A DNA stretch of 64,000 nucleotides from Gammaproteobacteria bacterium (lineage in GTDB: Bacteria; Pseudomonadota; Gammaproteobacteria; Eutrophobiales; Eutrophobiaceae), in NCBI GenBank assembly GCA_965215365.1, contig CBDCDS010000003.1:1-64000 (forward strand), given 5' to 3'. The notes under the pieces were generated by a model. That model searched no databases and had not been told where the DNA came from. It was given only the letters and a program-made list of their open reading frames with translations. Below are positions 52,518 to 61,927 of this stretch, one piece after another; within the stretch, counting starts at the first letter, position 1, and the number at the start of each line of letters is the position of its first letter. Both the position numbers and the translations under genes were made by a program.

Positions 52518-52907
52518 TCAACCGTCCGTACCGGTGCCAGGCAGACCCAAATGCCCTTCAATCCGATGCACCTGACCCGACAGAGTATCTACTTTTTGAC
52601 TCAAAGTATCCACCCTTTGACCCAGTGCGTTGATGTTATCTTTCTGATCATCGATACGCTTGTTGACGTCATCGATACGCTTGTTTACGTCATCGATACG
52701 CTTGTTCATATCATGGAAGCGTTTGTCGATGCTTTCTTTCAAATCATGGAAGCGCTTGTCGATGCTTTCTTTCAAATCATGGAAGCGCTTGTCGATGCTG
52801 TCCTTTAAGTCGCCGATGCGGGTGAACAGAACGCAGACAATGATAAGTACAGCCAGATTGATGAGGTCGGGCAGGTGGTCGAACAGCATGCTGATAATGG
52901 CGTTCAT
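52518..52907 (-). CDS. Membrane-anchored coiled-coil repeat protein, copy 3
   Basis: Near-identical, intermediate repeat number. Confidence 0.8.
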   Translation of the reverse strand: MNAIISMLFDHLPDLINLAVLIIVCVLFTRIGDLKDSIDKRFHDLKESIDKRFHDLKESIDKRFHDMNKRIDDVNKRIDDVNKRIDDQKDNINALGQRVDTLSQKVDTLSGQVHRIEGHLGLPGTGTDG

Positions 52908-53104
52908 GGTTGTATCCTCTCTGCTTCAAGTGGAGGTGATGCGCTTACGCGCGAGCGCGGCTAATCATTCTGGTATTTCCCCCGTGCTTGTCAAGCAGTT
53001 TTTGGCTTTTTTTGTAATTTTTTTCAATGAAACAGTAACGCAAGATTGGCCCACCGGGTACCGGATTAGGCTTGGTATGACTAACAGGTTTATTCAGCAC
53101 CCGG

Positions 53105-53356
53105 TCACACCCCCGCAAACAGCTTCATAAAACCTAACAACAGTCCTGCGAGCAATCCGGTCTGCGCAATCAACGCGCCGATCATCCATTTCAGTAAATC
53201 GGCCTTAAGCTCCAGCAGATTCTGCTTAGTGGCCAGATTGCTGTTCAGTAAGGTCACCTGCTCGTCCGCCAACGCCTCGGCTTGCGCCTCGGTGAACCCG
53301 GTCTGCGTCAGGCGCTTGATAAAGCGGTGGGTATCAAATGCAATGGCTTGGCTCAT
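53105..53356 (-). CDS. DUF1640/CCDC90-like protein
   Basis: FDTHRFIKRL..GFTEAQAEAL, LATK, C-terminal TM helix. Confidence 0.8.
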   Translation of the reverse strand: MSQAIAFDTHRFIKRLTQTGFTEAQAEALADEQVTLLNSNLATKQNLLELKADLLKWMIGALIAQTGLLAGLLLGFMKLFAGV

Positions 53357-53480
53357 AACGGTACTATACAAGGATGCTGCGGGTTATGCAAGGGGTGTCC
53401 AGGTTCAATACATATGAGACTCAGGGGTGTGCTGTGTGAGTTGTTGATAATGCTCCATCGGGGTCAATAAACCCATACCG

Positions 53481-53743
53481 TCATGCGGGCGGGCGCGCCT
53501 TGGTTTGGGTGATCTGTCGGGCTCTTTGCATCTCTGTATGGTTAAAGGCATCTCTGATACAAACGGAGATTCCACTAAGGGCATGGCCGGGGCAATGGCA
53601 AAAGCATCCTTTCGTTCAAGCCACATGGGTGCATAGCGAAACATGCTGAACTGTCGCTCACCGTCCTTTTCAAATATGAGCTCGCCCACCTTGGCGGCAC
53701 GATTGCCCAGCACCACTGAGAGACGAGATGTTCTTTTATTCAC
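53481..53743 (-). pseudogene. HipA-like toxin remnant
   Basis: HipA coupling-domain-like N-terminus (VGEL...SMFRYAPMWL...AFAIAPAMPL) with no kinase core; a probable C-terminal tail RDAFNHTEMQRARQ lies in another frame. Confidence 0.7.
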
Positions 53744-53764
53744 GGCGTGCTTTTGACTGTCGTA

Positions 53765-54097
53765 TCAGGCGCCACAGAGGGCATTGTTAGGGGTTGATCG
53801 ACGAATCCGTTTTGGTAGTGCTTCGAGGTCCATGACCAGACCGGTATCATCCGAGGCTATCTCTAGTAAGTCGTGCAGCCGCCTGAGCTCGCCGAACGCT
53901 AGCAAGGCCATGGCCAACGCTAAAATTGAAACACCGGGGTCACCTTTTTCGAGACGCCTGACGGTGCCTTCTGACATACGCATTCTGGCAGCTAGATCGG
54001 ACTGCGTCATACGCCGTTTGCGACGGGCGATGCTGAGATCCCTGCCTAATCGCTCTAAGGTTTTATTAACTGCTATAGATTGCGGCTTATTTTTCAT
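53765..54097 (-). CDS. XRE HTH protein (HipB-like antitoxin)
   Basis: LGRDLSIARRKRRMTQSDLA...RLEKGDPGVS, LPKRIR. Confidence 0.85.
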   Translation of the reverse strand: MKNKPQSIAVNKTLERLGRDLSIARRKRRMTQSDLAARMRMSEGTVRRLEKGDPGVSILALAMALLAFGELRRLHDLLEIASDDTGLVMDLEALPKRIRRSTPNNALCGA

Positions 54098-54167
54098 AGT
54101 ACGCTATAAATAGCATTTTAGACTTGTGAAATCAATACCAAGGGTGATCGTAAATGTAACAGTCACG

Positions 54168-54197
54168 TTGACAAGCCCGCAAACAATCAGGTAGAAT
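54168..54197 (+). promoter_or_regulatory. rpmH promoter
   Basis: TTGACA-18 bp-TAGAAT. Confidence 0.6.
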
Positions 54198-54230
54198 GCC
54201 TGCAAATTCTGGAAACCGAACAGCACGCCA

Positions 54231-54365
54231 ATGAAACGTACATACCAACCCAGTAACATCAAACGCAAGCGCCGGCATGGCTTTCGGGCGCGGATGCGCA
54301 CCAAGGCCGGGCGTCTGATACTCAAGGCGCGCCGGGCCAAAGGCAGGAAGCGGTTGTCCGCTTGA
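54231..54365 (+). CDS. rpmH: 50S ribosomal protein L34 (not in the ORF track)
   Basis: [44 protein letters not shown]. Confidence 0.98.
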   Translation: MKRTYQPSNIKRKRRHGFRARMRTKAGRLILKARRAKGRKRLSA

Positions 54366-54709
54366 GTCGTTTTCAGCGCCAACACCGACTCAACAACGGC
54401 GCGGATTTCAACAGGGTTTTCAAGACCTCCTGTCGCTCCCGCGATGCGCAGTTTGTGGTCCTCGCGTGCAGGAACAGCCAGCAGTATGCGCGCTTGGGAA
54501 TGGCAATTTCCAAAAAGGCGGTGCGCTCAGCCGTTGCCAGAAACAAGGTGAAACGCACCATTCGGGAAAGCTTTCGCGCTCATACAGACAGATTGTCGGG
54601 GCTCGATATAGTAGTCCTGGCGCAACAGCAAACAAAATCGAGTGAAAGCAGGCTCATGAACCAGTCCCTCACCAGGCATTGGCAAAGGATTTTGCGATGC
54701 GTAAAGTAG
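54362..54709 (+). CDS. rnpA: RNase P protein
   Basis: [27 protein letters not shown]. Confidence 0.95.
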   Translation: MSRFQRQHRLNNGADFNRVFKTSCRSRDAQFVVLACRNSQQYARLGMAISKKAVRSAVARNKVKRTIRESFRAHTDRLSGLDIVVLAQQQTKSSESRLMNQSLTRHWQRILRCVK

Positions 54710-54963
54710 TGACCCGAACCTCATATCCCCATGCGGTCAAGGCCTCGCTAACTGTTAGAGATGCCTTGACCGCAATCATCCGCTGTTATCAGCGCTTTAT
54801 CAGCCCGTTGCTGGGCCTGAACTGCCGCTTCTACCCTTCCTGTTCCAGTTATGCCGGCGAAGCGGTGGCAAGGCATGGCGTAGTGCGCGGCATCTGGCTC
54901 AGCGTGCGGCGCGTGTGCCGTTGCCACCCGCTGCATCCCGGCGGCGTTGATCCCGTTCCCTAA
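54697..54963 (+). CDS. yidD: Membrane protein insertion efficiency factor
   Basis: [35 protein letters not shown]. Confidence 0.95.
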   Translation: MRKVVTRTSYPHAVKASLTVRDALTAIIRCYQRFISPLLGLNCRFYPSCSSYAGEAVARHGVVRGIWLSVRRVCRCHPLHPGGVDPVP

Positions 54964-55047
54964 CCCGCAGATCTCACCAAGTCGCTTGTTGCCTTGTGAA
55001 ACATAATTGCTCTCAATAAGTTATGGTAATACTTCTGCTCTTTCCAC
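54964..55047. repeat. MITE type 1 partial copy
   Basis: CTAA|CCCGCAGATCTCACCAAGTCGCTTGTTGCC... on the yidD stop codon. Confidence 0.85.
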
Positions 55048-55066
55048 CTGACAGACAACCTGCATT

Positions 55067-56716
55067 ATGGATACCCAGCGTTTTATCCTGATACTGGCGT
55101 TATCGCTGGTGGCGCTCATGCTGTGGCAGGAGTGGCAGCAGGATTATGGCTCTGCGCCCGTCGCGGTGGGCAACCAGGAGCCTGGGGCACCTGCTGAAGA
55201 CCCCGGCATACCACAACTGAAACCGGACGAAATGGCCGTACCGGATGTTGCCGACGCTGGCGCGAGCGCGCCAGCCGGCGCGGTGGTGACGGTGGCAACC
55301 GACGTATTGCATCTGAAAATCGATCAGGGCGGCACTATCGTGTTCGCGGAACTGTTTGATTATCCGGTATCCCTAGAGCAGAAAGAGCAACCCTTCGTGC
55401 TGCTGGATAACAGCGCCTCCCGGTACTACGTCATCCAAGGCGGCATTGTCGGCGAGTCGGCGCCGACCCACAAGGCGGTGTTTACAGCTGCACAACAGAA
55501 CTACACCCTGGACGCGGGACAGCAGACGCTGGAAGTGCCGCTACGCTGGACTGCCGAGGATGGCGTAACGGTAACCAAAGTGTTTGTATTTGAACGCGGG
55601 TCTTACCGGGTTTACATCAAATACCTCGTTGATAACGGTTCTGATAACGCTTGGGAAGGCCGCCAATACACCCAAATCAAGCGGGATGACCCGTCCCGGG
55701 AAGGTCGGCGGTTGATCTATACCTATACCGGCGCGGTGCTGTCCAGCCCCGATAACCGTTACGAGAAAATCAGCTTCGGCGACATGGAAGATCAGGACGC
55801 GGATGCACAAATCAGCAACGGCTGGGCCGCCATGATCCAGCATTATTTCCTGACTGCGATTCTGCCCGCCGACATAGAAGCTACCCACCGCTATTACACT
55901 CGTACGTTTCCCTCCGGCTATTATTCCATCGGCAGCGTTTCCCCGGCCCTGCGCCTGGACCCCGGGCAACAGGGGGAATTGACCGGTTATGTCTATATCG
56001 GCCCCAAGGTACAATCGGTGCTGGAAACGCTGGCGGACAAGCTGGAACTTACGGTCGATTACGGCATGCTCTGGTTTCTGGCGAAACCGCTGTTCTGGTG
56101 TCTGGAACGCCTGCATGGTCTGACCGGCAACTGGGGTTGGTCGATCATCTTGGTGACAGTGCTGCTCAAGTTGCTGTTTTACCATTTATCTGCGGTGGGT
56201 TACCGCTCCATGGCCAACATGCGGCGGGTGCAGCCGCGGCTGCTGGCCATTCGCGAACGGCACAAGGATGACCGCGCGCGCCTGAATCAGGCCATGATGC
56301 AGATTTACAAGGAGGAGAAGATCAACCCGTTGGGCGGTTGCTTCCCGATCCTGGTGCAGATTCCGGTGTTCCTGGCACTGTACTGGGTATTGCTGGAAAG
56401 CGTGGAGCTGCGGCAGGCCGACTTCATCTTCTGGCTCAACGACTTGTCGAGCAAGGATCCGTTTTTCGTGCTGCCGATCATGATGGGCGCCACCATGCTG
56501 ATCCAGCAGAAGCTCAATCCCGCGCCCATGGACCCCATGCAGGAGAAGGTGATGAAGGCGCTGCCGTTTGTGTTCACCATCTTCTTTGCCTTTTTTCCTT
56601 CCGGGCTGGTGTTGTACTGGGTCACCAATAACGTCCTGTCCATTGCTCAGCAATGGCTGATCATGAGAAAGCTGGAGAAAGAGGGGCTTGCTGCGGGTAA
56701 CAGCAGCTCCCGCTGA
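55067..56716 (+). CDS. yidC: Membrane insertase YidC
   Basis: VDYGMLWF, GNWGWSII, NPLGGCFPILVQIPVF, PSGLVLYW. Confidence 0.97.
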   Translation: MDTQRFILILALSLVALMLWQEWQQDYGSAPVAVGNQEPGAPAEDPGIPQLKPDEMAVPDVADAGASAPAGAVVTVATDVLHLKIDQGGTIVFAELFDYPVSLEQKEQPFVLLDNSASRYYVIQGGIVGESAPTHKAVFTAAQQNYTLDAGQQTLEVPLRWTAEDGVTVTKVFVFERGSYRVYIKYLVDNGSDNAWEGRQYTQIKRDDPSREGRRLIYTYTGAVLSSPDNRYEKISFGDMEDQDADAQISNGWAAMIQHYFLTAILPADIEATHRYYTRTFPSGYYSIGSVSPALRLDPGQQGELTGYVYIGPKVQSVLETLADKLELTVDYGMLWFLAKPLFWCLERLHGLTGNWGWSIILVTVLLKLLFYHLSAVGYRSMANMRRVQPRLLAIRERHKDDRARLNQAMMQIYKEEKINPLGGCFPILVQIPVFLALYWVLLESVELRQADFIFWLNDLSSKDPFFVLPIMMGATMLIQQKLNPAPMDPMQEKVMKALPFVFTIFFAFFPSGLVLYWVTNNVLSIAQQWLIMRKLEKEGLAAGNSSSR

Positions 56717-56718
56717 CT

Positions 56719-58164
56719 TTGACAACAGATACCATCGCAGCCATCGCGACGCCGCCCGGACTAGGAGCGGTAGGCATCGTAAAAGTCTCCGGGGCGGACA
56801 GCGGCAACATCGTCACGGCGCTATGTCGGCTCAAGCCCGGACACCGGGAAGCGCGCTACACGGCATTTTATGACGCCCGGGGACAGGTGCTGGATCGCGG
56901 TCTGGCGTTGTTTTTTCAGGGGCCTGACTCCCACACCGGCGAGGATGTGGCCGAACTGCATGGACACGGCGGCCCGGTGGTGATGAATCTGTTGCTGCAA
57001 CGCGTGCTGGCCCTGGGCGCGCGCTATGCGCGTCCCGGGGAATTCAGCGAGCGGGCGTTCCTGAACAACAAGATCGACCTGCTACAGGCCGAAGCCGTGG
57101 CAGACCTGATCAGCAGTGCCTCCGAGCAGGCGGCGCTGAGTGCAGTGCGCGCCCTGGAGGGCGCATTCTCTGCCCGATTGCAGGAACTGGCCGACAAGGT
57201 GATCGAACTGCGCCTGTTCGTCGAAGCCATGCTGGACTTCCCCGAAGAGGAGGTCGATGCCCTGACGGATATGGAATTAGCCAGCCGGTTGGCAGACTGC
57301 CGGCGCTGCCTAGACGCTATTTCTGCGCAAGCGGAAACCGGCAGGTTACTGGCGGAAGGGCTGAAAATCGCGCTGCTCGGCAAACCCAACGCCGGCAAAT
57401 CCAGCCTGTTGAACCGGCTTGCCGAAGCTGAGCGCGCCATCGTTTCCCCCCAGCCCGGCACCACCCGCGACACCATTGAGCAGCAGATTTTGATCGACGG
57501 TATCCCGCTCAACGTCATCGACACCGCCGGGATAAGAACGGCCGGCAACCAGATTGAACAGGAGGGCATCAGGCGGGCCGAGGCGGCGGCGGTTGCCGCG
57601 GATATTGTGATTCTGATCGCCGATACCTGCAGGGACGATATGCCTGATTTACGCGCCGTCGCCGCGCAGTTGGGGCCTGGAAAAAACCTGTTGTACGTCT
57701 TCAACAAGATCGACCTGTCAGGCCGGGCACCGGGCAAAGCAGGGCCGGATGGGGACGCCCCGCCGCTTACTCCATGCGGGGGCAGGCTTGAAGCCGTTCC
57801 GTCCGGCAGCGTTGCAAGGACTGGGGGCGGCGCATCGGCAACGGCCAACGCGGCGCGCGCGATTTATGTCTCGGCCAAAACCGGAGCCGGGATGGACGCA
57901 CTGAAACAGGAAATAAAAGATATGGTGCGTGGAGCGGACTGTACAGAGAACAGTTTCATCGCCCACACCCGCCATATTGACCTGTTACACAAGGCGGCCA
58001 CGCAGCTCCGGGACGCGGCGGCACAATTCCACCAACACCGGGCGACGGAACTGTTCGCCGACGATCTCACCCGGGTGCAGCAGACCCTGGGGGAGTTGAC
58101 CGGTACGCACACCCCGGATGACCTGCTCGGCGAGATCTTCGCCCGATTTTGTATCGGCAAGTAG
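56719..58164 (+). CDS. mnmE: tRNA modification GTPase MnmE/TrmE
   Basis: DTIAAIATPPG, GKPNAGKSS, GTTRD, DTAG, NKID, FCIGK. Confidence 0.97.
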   Translation: MTTDTIAAIATPPGLGAVGIVKVSGADSGNIVTALCRLKPGHREARYTAFYDARGQVLDRGLALFFQGPDSHTGEDVAELHGHGGPVVMNLLLQRVLALGARYARPGEFSERAFLNNKIDLLQAEAVADLISSASEQAALSAVRALEGAFSARLQELADKVIELRLFVEAMLDFPEEEVDALTDMELASRLADCRRCLDAISAQAETGRLLAEGLKIALLGKPNAGKSSLLNRLAEAERAIVSPQPGTTRDTIEQQILIDGIPLNVIDTAGIRTAGNQIEQEGIRRAEAAAVAADIVILIADTCRDDMPDLRAVAAQLGPGKNLLYVFNKIDLSGRAPGKAGPDGDAPPLTPCGGRLEAVPSGSVARTGGGASATANAARAIYVSAKTGAGMDALKQEIKDMVRGADCTENSFIAHTRHIDLLHKAATQLRDAAAQFHQHRATELFADDLTRVQQTLGELTGTHTPDDLLGEIFARFCIGK

Positions 58165-58223
58165 CCGACCATGGGCCGCCCTTGCCTGCTTGCGCCAAGC
58201 CGTGAATGCACCGTGAATAGGCC

Positions 58224-59162
58224 GTGAATAAGCCGGGCGGCAGGTTTTTATTCATTACCCTCAGCAACATCGGCGATGCCTTGCTGACTACGCCGGTATT
58301 GGAGTTTTTGCACGAATACGACGCCCGCGCAACCATCGACATTGTCGGTGATGAGCGCTCCTCCGTGCTGTTCCGGTACTGTCCCTACCGGGGCGAAATT
58401 TATCACAAACATAAAAAACGCCTGCTACGAGGCGTACCCGCCCTGCTGGCGGCGCTACGCGGGAACCACTATGACCTGGTGGTGGATTTGCGCACGACGT
58501 TCCTGGCCTACCTGATCAAGGCTGAGCAACGGTTTGCCCGCAGCAACCGGGACACACGCCTGCATGCGGTTGAAAGGCACTTTTCCACCATTGCCGGCAT
58601 CGCCGGGGCCCAGGAAATACCGCCCACTGTCTTGTGGCTCAGCCGGACTGAGCGGGATTATGCGGAGGGGATATGCCGGCAGTTACCCGGACAGAAGTGG
58701 TTGTGCATCGGCCCCGGCGCCAACTGGGAACGCAAGATCTGGCCGGCGGAAAACTATGCGCAAACCGCGAATGCGCTGGGTGCCGAGTTCGAGGCACTGG
58801 TACTGCTGGGCAGCGCCGCCGACACCCATCACGCGCAGCGGCTCGCCCAGTCTGTGCGGCTACCCTGCGTCAACCTGTGCGGACAAACCACGCTGTTGCA
58901 AGCCGCCGCAGTGCTGGAACGGATGACCCTGTTGCTCGGCAACGACTCCGGCCTCGGCCATATCGCCGCCGCGCTCAGCACACCCTCCTTCACCCTGTTC
59001 GGCCCCGGCCACCCGGCACGCTACCACCCCTGGGGACCGCACGCAGCCTGGCACGCGGCGCCGGCTCGGGTTATCGAGACCATCCCGGTCAGTACCGTAC
59101 TGGCTGCAGTGCGCCTGCACCTGGCTCGTATTTCTCAGCCTGGGGCCAGTAGTATCCTATAG
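58224..59162 (+). CDS. Glycosyltransferase family 9 (heptosyltransferase-like)
   Basis: NIGDALLTTP, PGANW..K.WP, GNDSGLGHIAAA, LFGP. Confidence 0.9.
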   Translation: MNKPGGRFLFITLSNIGDALLTTPVLEFLHEYDARATIDIVGDERSSVLFRYCPYRGEIYHKHKKRLLRGVPALLAALRGNHYDLVVDLRTTFLAYLIKAEQRFARSNRDTRLHAVERHFSTIAGIAGAQEIPPTVLWLSRTERDYAEGICRQLPGQKWLCIGPGANWERKIWPAENYAQTANALGAEFEALVLLGSAADTHHAQRLAQSVRLPCVNLCGQTTLLQAAAVLERMTLLLGNDSGLGHIAAALSTPSFTLFGPGHPARYHPWGPHAAWHAAPARVIETIPVSTVLAAVRLHLARISQPGASSIL

Positions 59163-59363
59163 TGTGTGGGTATCGCTGTTTTTATTCGATATTTTTTTGT
59201 GCTGATATAGTACACTCGTTAACCAAGAGGATATAAACTGCCAGCTTGCTGATTTCAGGTTGATGATAGAATTACCTGTGCCTCCCTACACGTCAGGGAT
59301 AGCGGCTATTCGCCACAACAAACCATCAATGTAAAACTATTATACCGCTAATACGGAGTATTT

Positions 59364-60743
59364 ATGAGTCGTCTCCTAAACGTACCGGAAGCTGGGGCGG
59401 TAAAAAACGTGCCGAAGATGGTTCTCGCTGCCGATGTGAAGGTTCCTGAAACCTTCGATTCAAAGGCGACTTATCCCTTTCACTACGAGGTCATGGGACA
59501 TGACCAACTGCCTCATGTAGTTAAATTTTCTGGCGGACGTTCCAGTGGAATGATGTTGTTCATGCTCTTGGAAAACAACTTCCTTAAGCCAAAACGGGGC
59601 GATGTCATCATATTTAACGACACTTCAGCTGAACATCCGGAGACTTATAATTTTACGGCAAAGTGCAAACGTATTGCTGAAGAGCGATACGGGATCCCAT
59701 TTTTTTGGATCCAGTTCCAGACATACGAAGATGCCAGGGGAGGAAAATGGGTGCGCTTGCCCGCGTATCGCCTGGTGAAACCCGTGCCCTGGTCGGCAGA
59801 CGAACCAGACGGATACCACTGGAAAGGCGAAGCCTTTGAGGAGCTACTTTCCTGGTCAGGGTACGTGCCGAATCAATTTCAGAGAACCTGCACTCAAAAT
59901 CTGAAGCTGGAAGTCACCAGGCAGTTTTTACGAGACTGGTTCGCCTGCAAAGACAGAACCAACCGGTTGGGGCATTATGGGGGCGGTAGCCGAATGGACG
60001 ATGACACGATGTATGCTTATCATCAAAAACACAGGGGAAAAGTTCCTAAAGAAATATTCCTTGCGAAAAAATCCTATGTCCGTTCCCGTCCCGTGTTTCG
60101 CAATGAACAATTTTTTTCAGATTTTTCCCGCATAACACAATCAATAGATAATCCGTATCTCACCGGCAAGCAATTCGGAGGCAACGCCACTTTTGGCGAT
60201 GGTGGCATTGAGTATATTACTTTTGTCGGACTGCGCCACGATGAAATGCGCCGGGTTATCAAAGTCCAAAGACGTAACTCCGGGGGACCCGAAGCGAATG
60301 GTTATGAGGGGGAACATGTTTATATGCCGCTGGCAAAGATCGGAGTAACAAAAGAAGATGTGGATGAGTTTTGGAACAACCAGAACTGGGGATTGAACCT
60401 GCCGAGTGAGGCTGGTTTGTCTAATTGTGTCTATTGCTTCCTCAAGGGTGCCGGGGCTTTGCGTAAGGTGCATAAGCAAATGGAAGCCGCCAAGGGGAAA
60501 ACAACATCGGCCATTGATTCGCCATGTGATATTAACTGGTGGAAACGGATGGAGCTTCGCTATGGCAGAGATCTGAAAGCGGAAAAACGAGTACTGCAAA
60601 AGAAAGAAAGAGCAGGAGCGGTGATTGGATTCTTCGGTATTGAGAGCGGATTTTCGTATGATCTGCTGGGAAAGAGCGATAATGGAAAAACAGATCTTTC
60701 CAAATTCACCAAAACCGTTTTGCCCTGCGATTGTACAGATTAA
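59364..60743 (+). CDS. PAPS-reductase/PP-loop family protein (distantly DndC/SspD-like)
   Basis: PP-loop FSGGRSSG, NDTSAEHPET, RTCTQNLK, VGLRHDE..R, SNCVYCF, C-terminal PCDC. Confidence 0.78.
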   Translation: MSRLLNVPEAGAVKNVPKMVLAADVKVPETFDSKATYPFHYEVMGHDQLPHVVKFSGGRSSGMMLFMLLENNFLKPKRGDVIIFNDTSAEHPETYNFTAKCKRIAEERYGIPFFWIQFQTYEDARGGKWVRLPAYRLVKPVPWSADEPDGYHWKGEAFEELLSWSGYVPNQFQRTCTQNLKLEVTRQFLRDWFACKDRTNRLGHYGGGSRMDDDTMYAYHQKHRGKVPKEIFLAKKSYVRSRPVFRNEQFFSDFSRITQSIDNPYLTGKQFGGNATFGDGGIEYITFVGLRHDEMRRVIKVQRRNSGGPEANGYEGEHVYMPLAKIGVTKEDVDEFWNNQNWGLNLPSEAGLSNCVYCFLKGAGALRKVHKQMEAAKGKTTSAIDSPCDINWWKRMELRYGRDLKAEKRVLQKKERAGAVIGFFGIESGFSYDLLGKSDNGKTDLSKFTKTVLPCDCTD

Positions 60744-60750
60744 AAACAGC

Positions 60751-61908
60751 GTGAGGAATAAGGTAGTTTACTTGGATAATCAGGCAACCACGCCAGTTGA
60801 CCCTCTGGTGTTGGATGCGATGCAACCCTATTTTTCAAGGGAATATGGCAATCCCCATTCAACGGGGCACGCTTATGGATGGAATGCTGAAGCCGCCGTA
60901 AATACCTCCCGACAAAGTGTAGCGACAATGATAGGGGCTGACGCCAGAGAAATTATATTCACGTCCGGCGCAACTGAATCCTGTAATCTGGCACTACGAG
61001 GGGTGGTAGGCGCCCAAGAAAAAAATAGTGCTAACTCACGTCGCAAAATAATAACAACTGCTATTGAGCATCCTTGTGTCTTAGAAACCTGCGAAGACCT
61101 GAAAAAGAACGGCTGGGAGGTTATAGTCGCCGCTGTAGATTCTGACGGGCTGATCGATATCGACGAGTTGTACAAGACAGTAGATGAACAGACGCTGGTT
61201 GTTTCAGTTATGGCGGCAAACAATGAAATCGGCGTTATACAACCCATTGAAGAAATCGGAGAAATTTGCCGGTCAAGGGGGGCGTACTTACACACCGATG
61301 CCACTCAAGCTGCAGGAAAAATACCGATTGACGTTAGAAAATGGAATGTTGACCTGATGAGTCTATCCGGACACAAAATGTATGCCCCCAAAGGCATAGG
61401 TGTCTTGTTTGTAAGATGGCAGCCACCCGTGAAGATAAAGCCGTTGGTAACAGGCGGCGGACAAGAGGCTGGACTTCGTCCGGGCACGATACCTGTCGCC
61501 CAAGTCGTCGGCATGGGCGAGGCATGTCGTATAGCGATAGATTCCATAGACAGGGAGTCTGTTGCACTTCGGAAATTAACTGAAAAGCTACGGCTGAAGT
61601 TGTTTGAAATACGCCCCGATGCAGTTTTATTCGGCCATTGGAAAAAACGTGTGCCAGGCAATATCAATATCGGCTTTCCAGGGTTTTCAGGGGAGGATAT
61701 AGTTTCCTCGGTTGGTGATGAAATAGCAATTTCCGCCGGTTCTGCCTGCTCTTCAGTTAAAGTTGAGCCTTCTCATGTTTTACTGGCCCTAGGTGTTGGT
61801 GCAGAAGCGGCGCAATCAGCTTTGCGCATCAGCCTAGGACGATTTAATACAGAAAGTGATGTTGACAAGGCGCTTCACGTCTTGTCGGAAATTATAACAA
61901 ACCCTTAA
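60751..61908 (+). CDS. Cysteine desulfurase (IscS/DndA/SspA-like)
   Basis: YLDNQATTP, YGNPHS, FTSGATE, HTDATQ, SGHKMY, SAGSACSS; GTG start at 60751. Confidence 0.93.
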   Translation: MRNKVVYLDNQATTPVDPLVLDAMQPYFSREYGNPHSTGHAYGWNAEAAVNTSRQSVATMIGADAREIIFTSGATESCNLALRGVVGAQEKNSANSRRKIITTAIEHPCVLETCEDLKKNGWEVIVAAVDSDGLIDIDELYKTVDEQTLVVSVMAANNEIGVIQPIEEIGEICRSRGAYLHTDATQAAGKIPIDVRKWNVDLMSLSGHKMYAPKGIGVLFVRWQPPVKIKPLVTGGGQEAGLRPGTIPVAQVVGMGEACRIAIDSIDRESVALRKLTEKLRLKLFEIRPDAVLFGHWKKRVPGNINIGFPGFSGEDIVSSVGDEIAISAGSACSSVKVEPSHVLLALGVGAEAAQSALRISLGRFNTESDVDKALHVLSEIITNP

Positions 61909-61927
61909 ATCAGGGAGGAGACTGTTG

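Noticed and set aside
51580-52800. Possible CRISPR or DGR template/variable repeats
   Set aside because: The repeats are in-frame coding modules; no spacers, adenine-specific variation or reverse transcriptase seen.
60751-61908. Housekeeping iscS
   Set aside because: No iscR/iscU/iscA context; lower GC and embedded in a defence-like operon.
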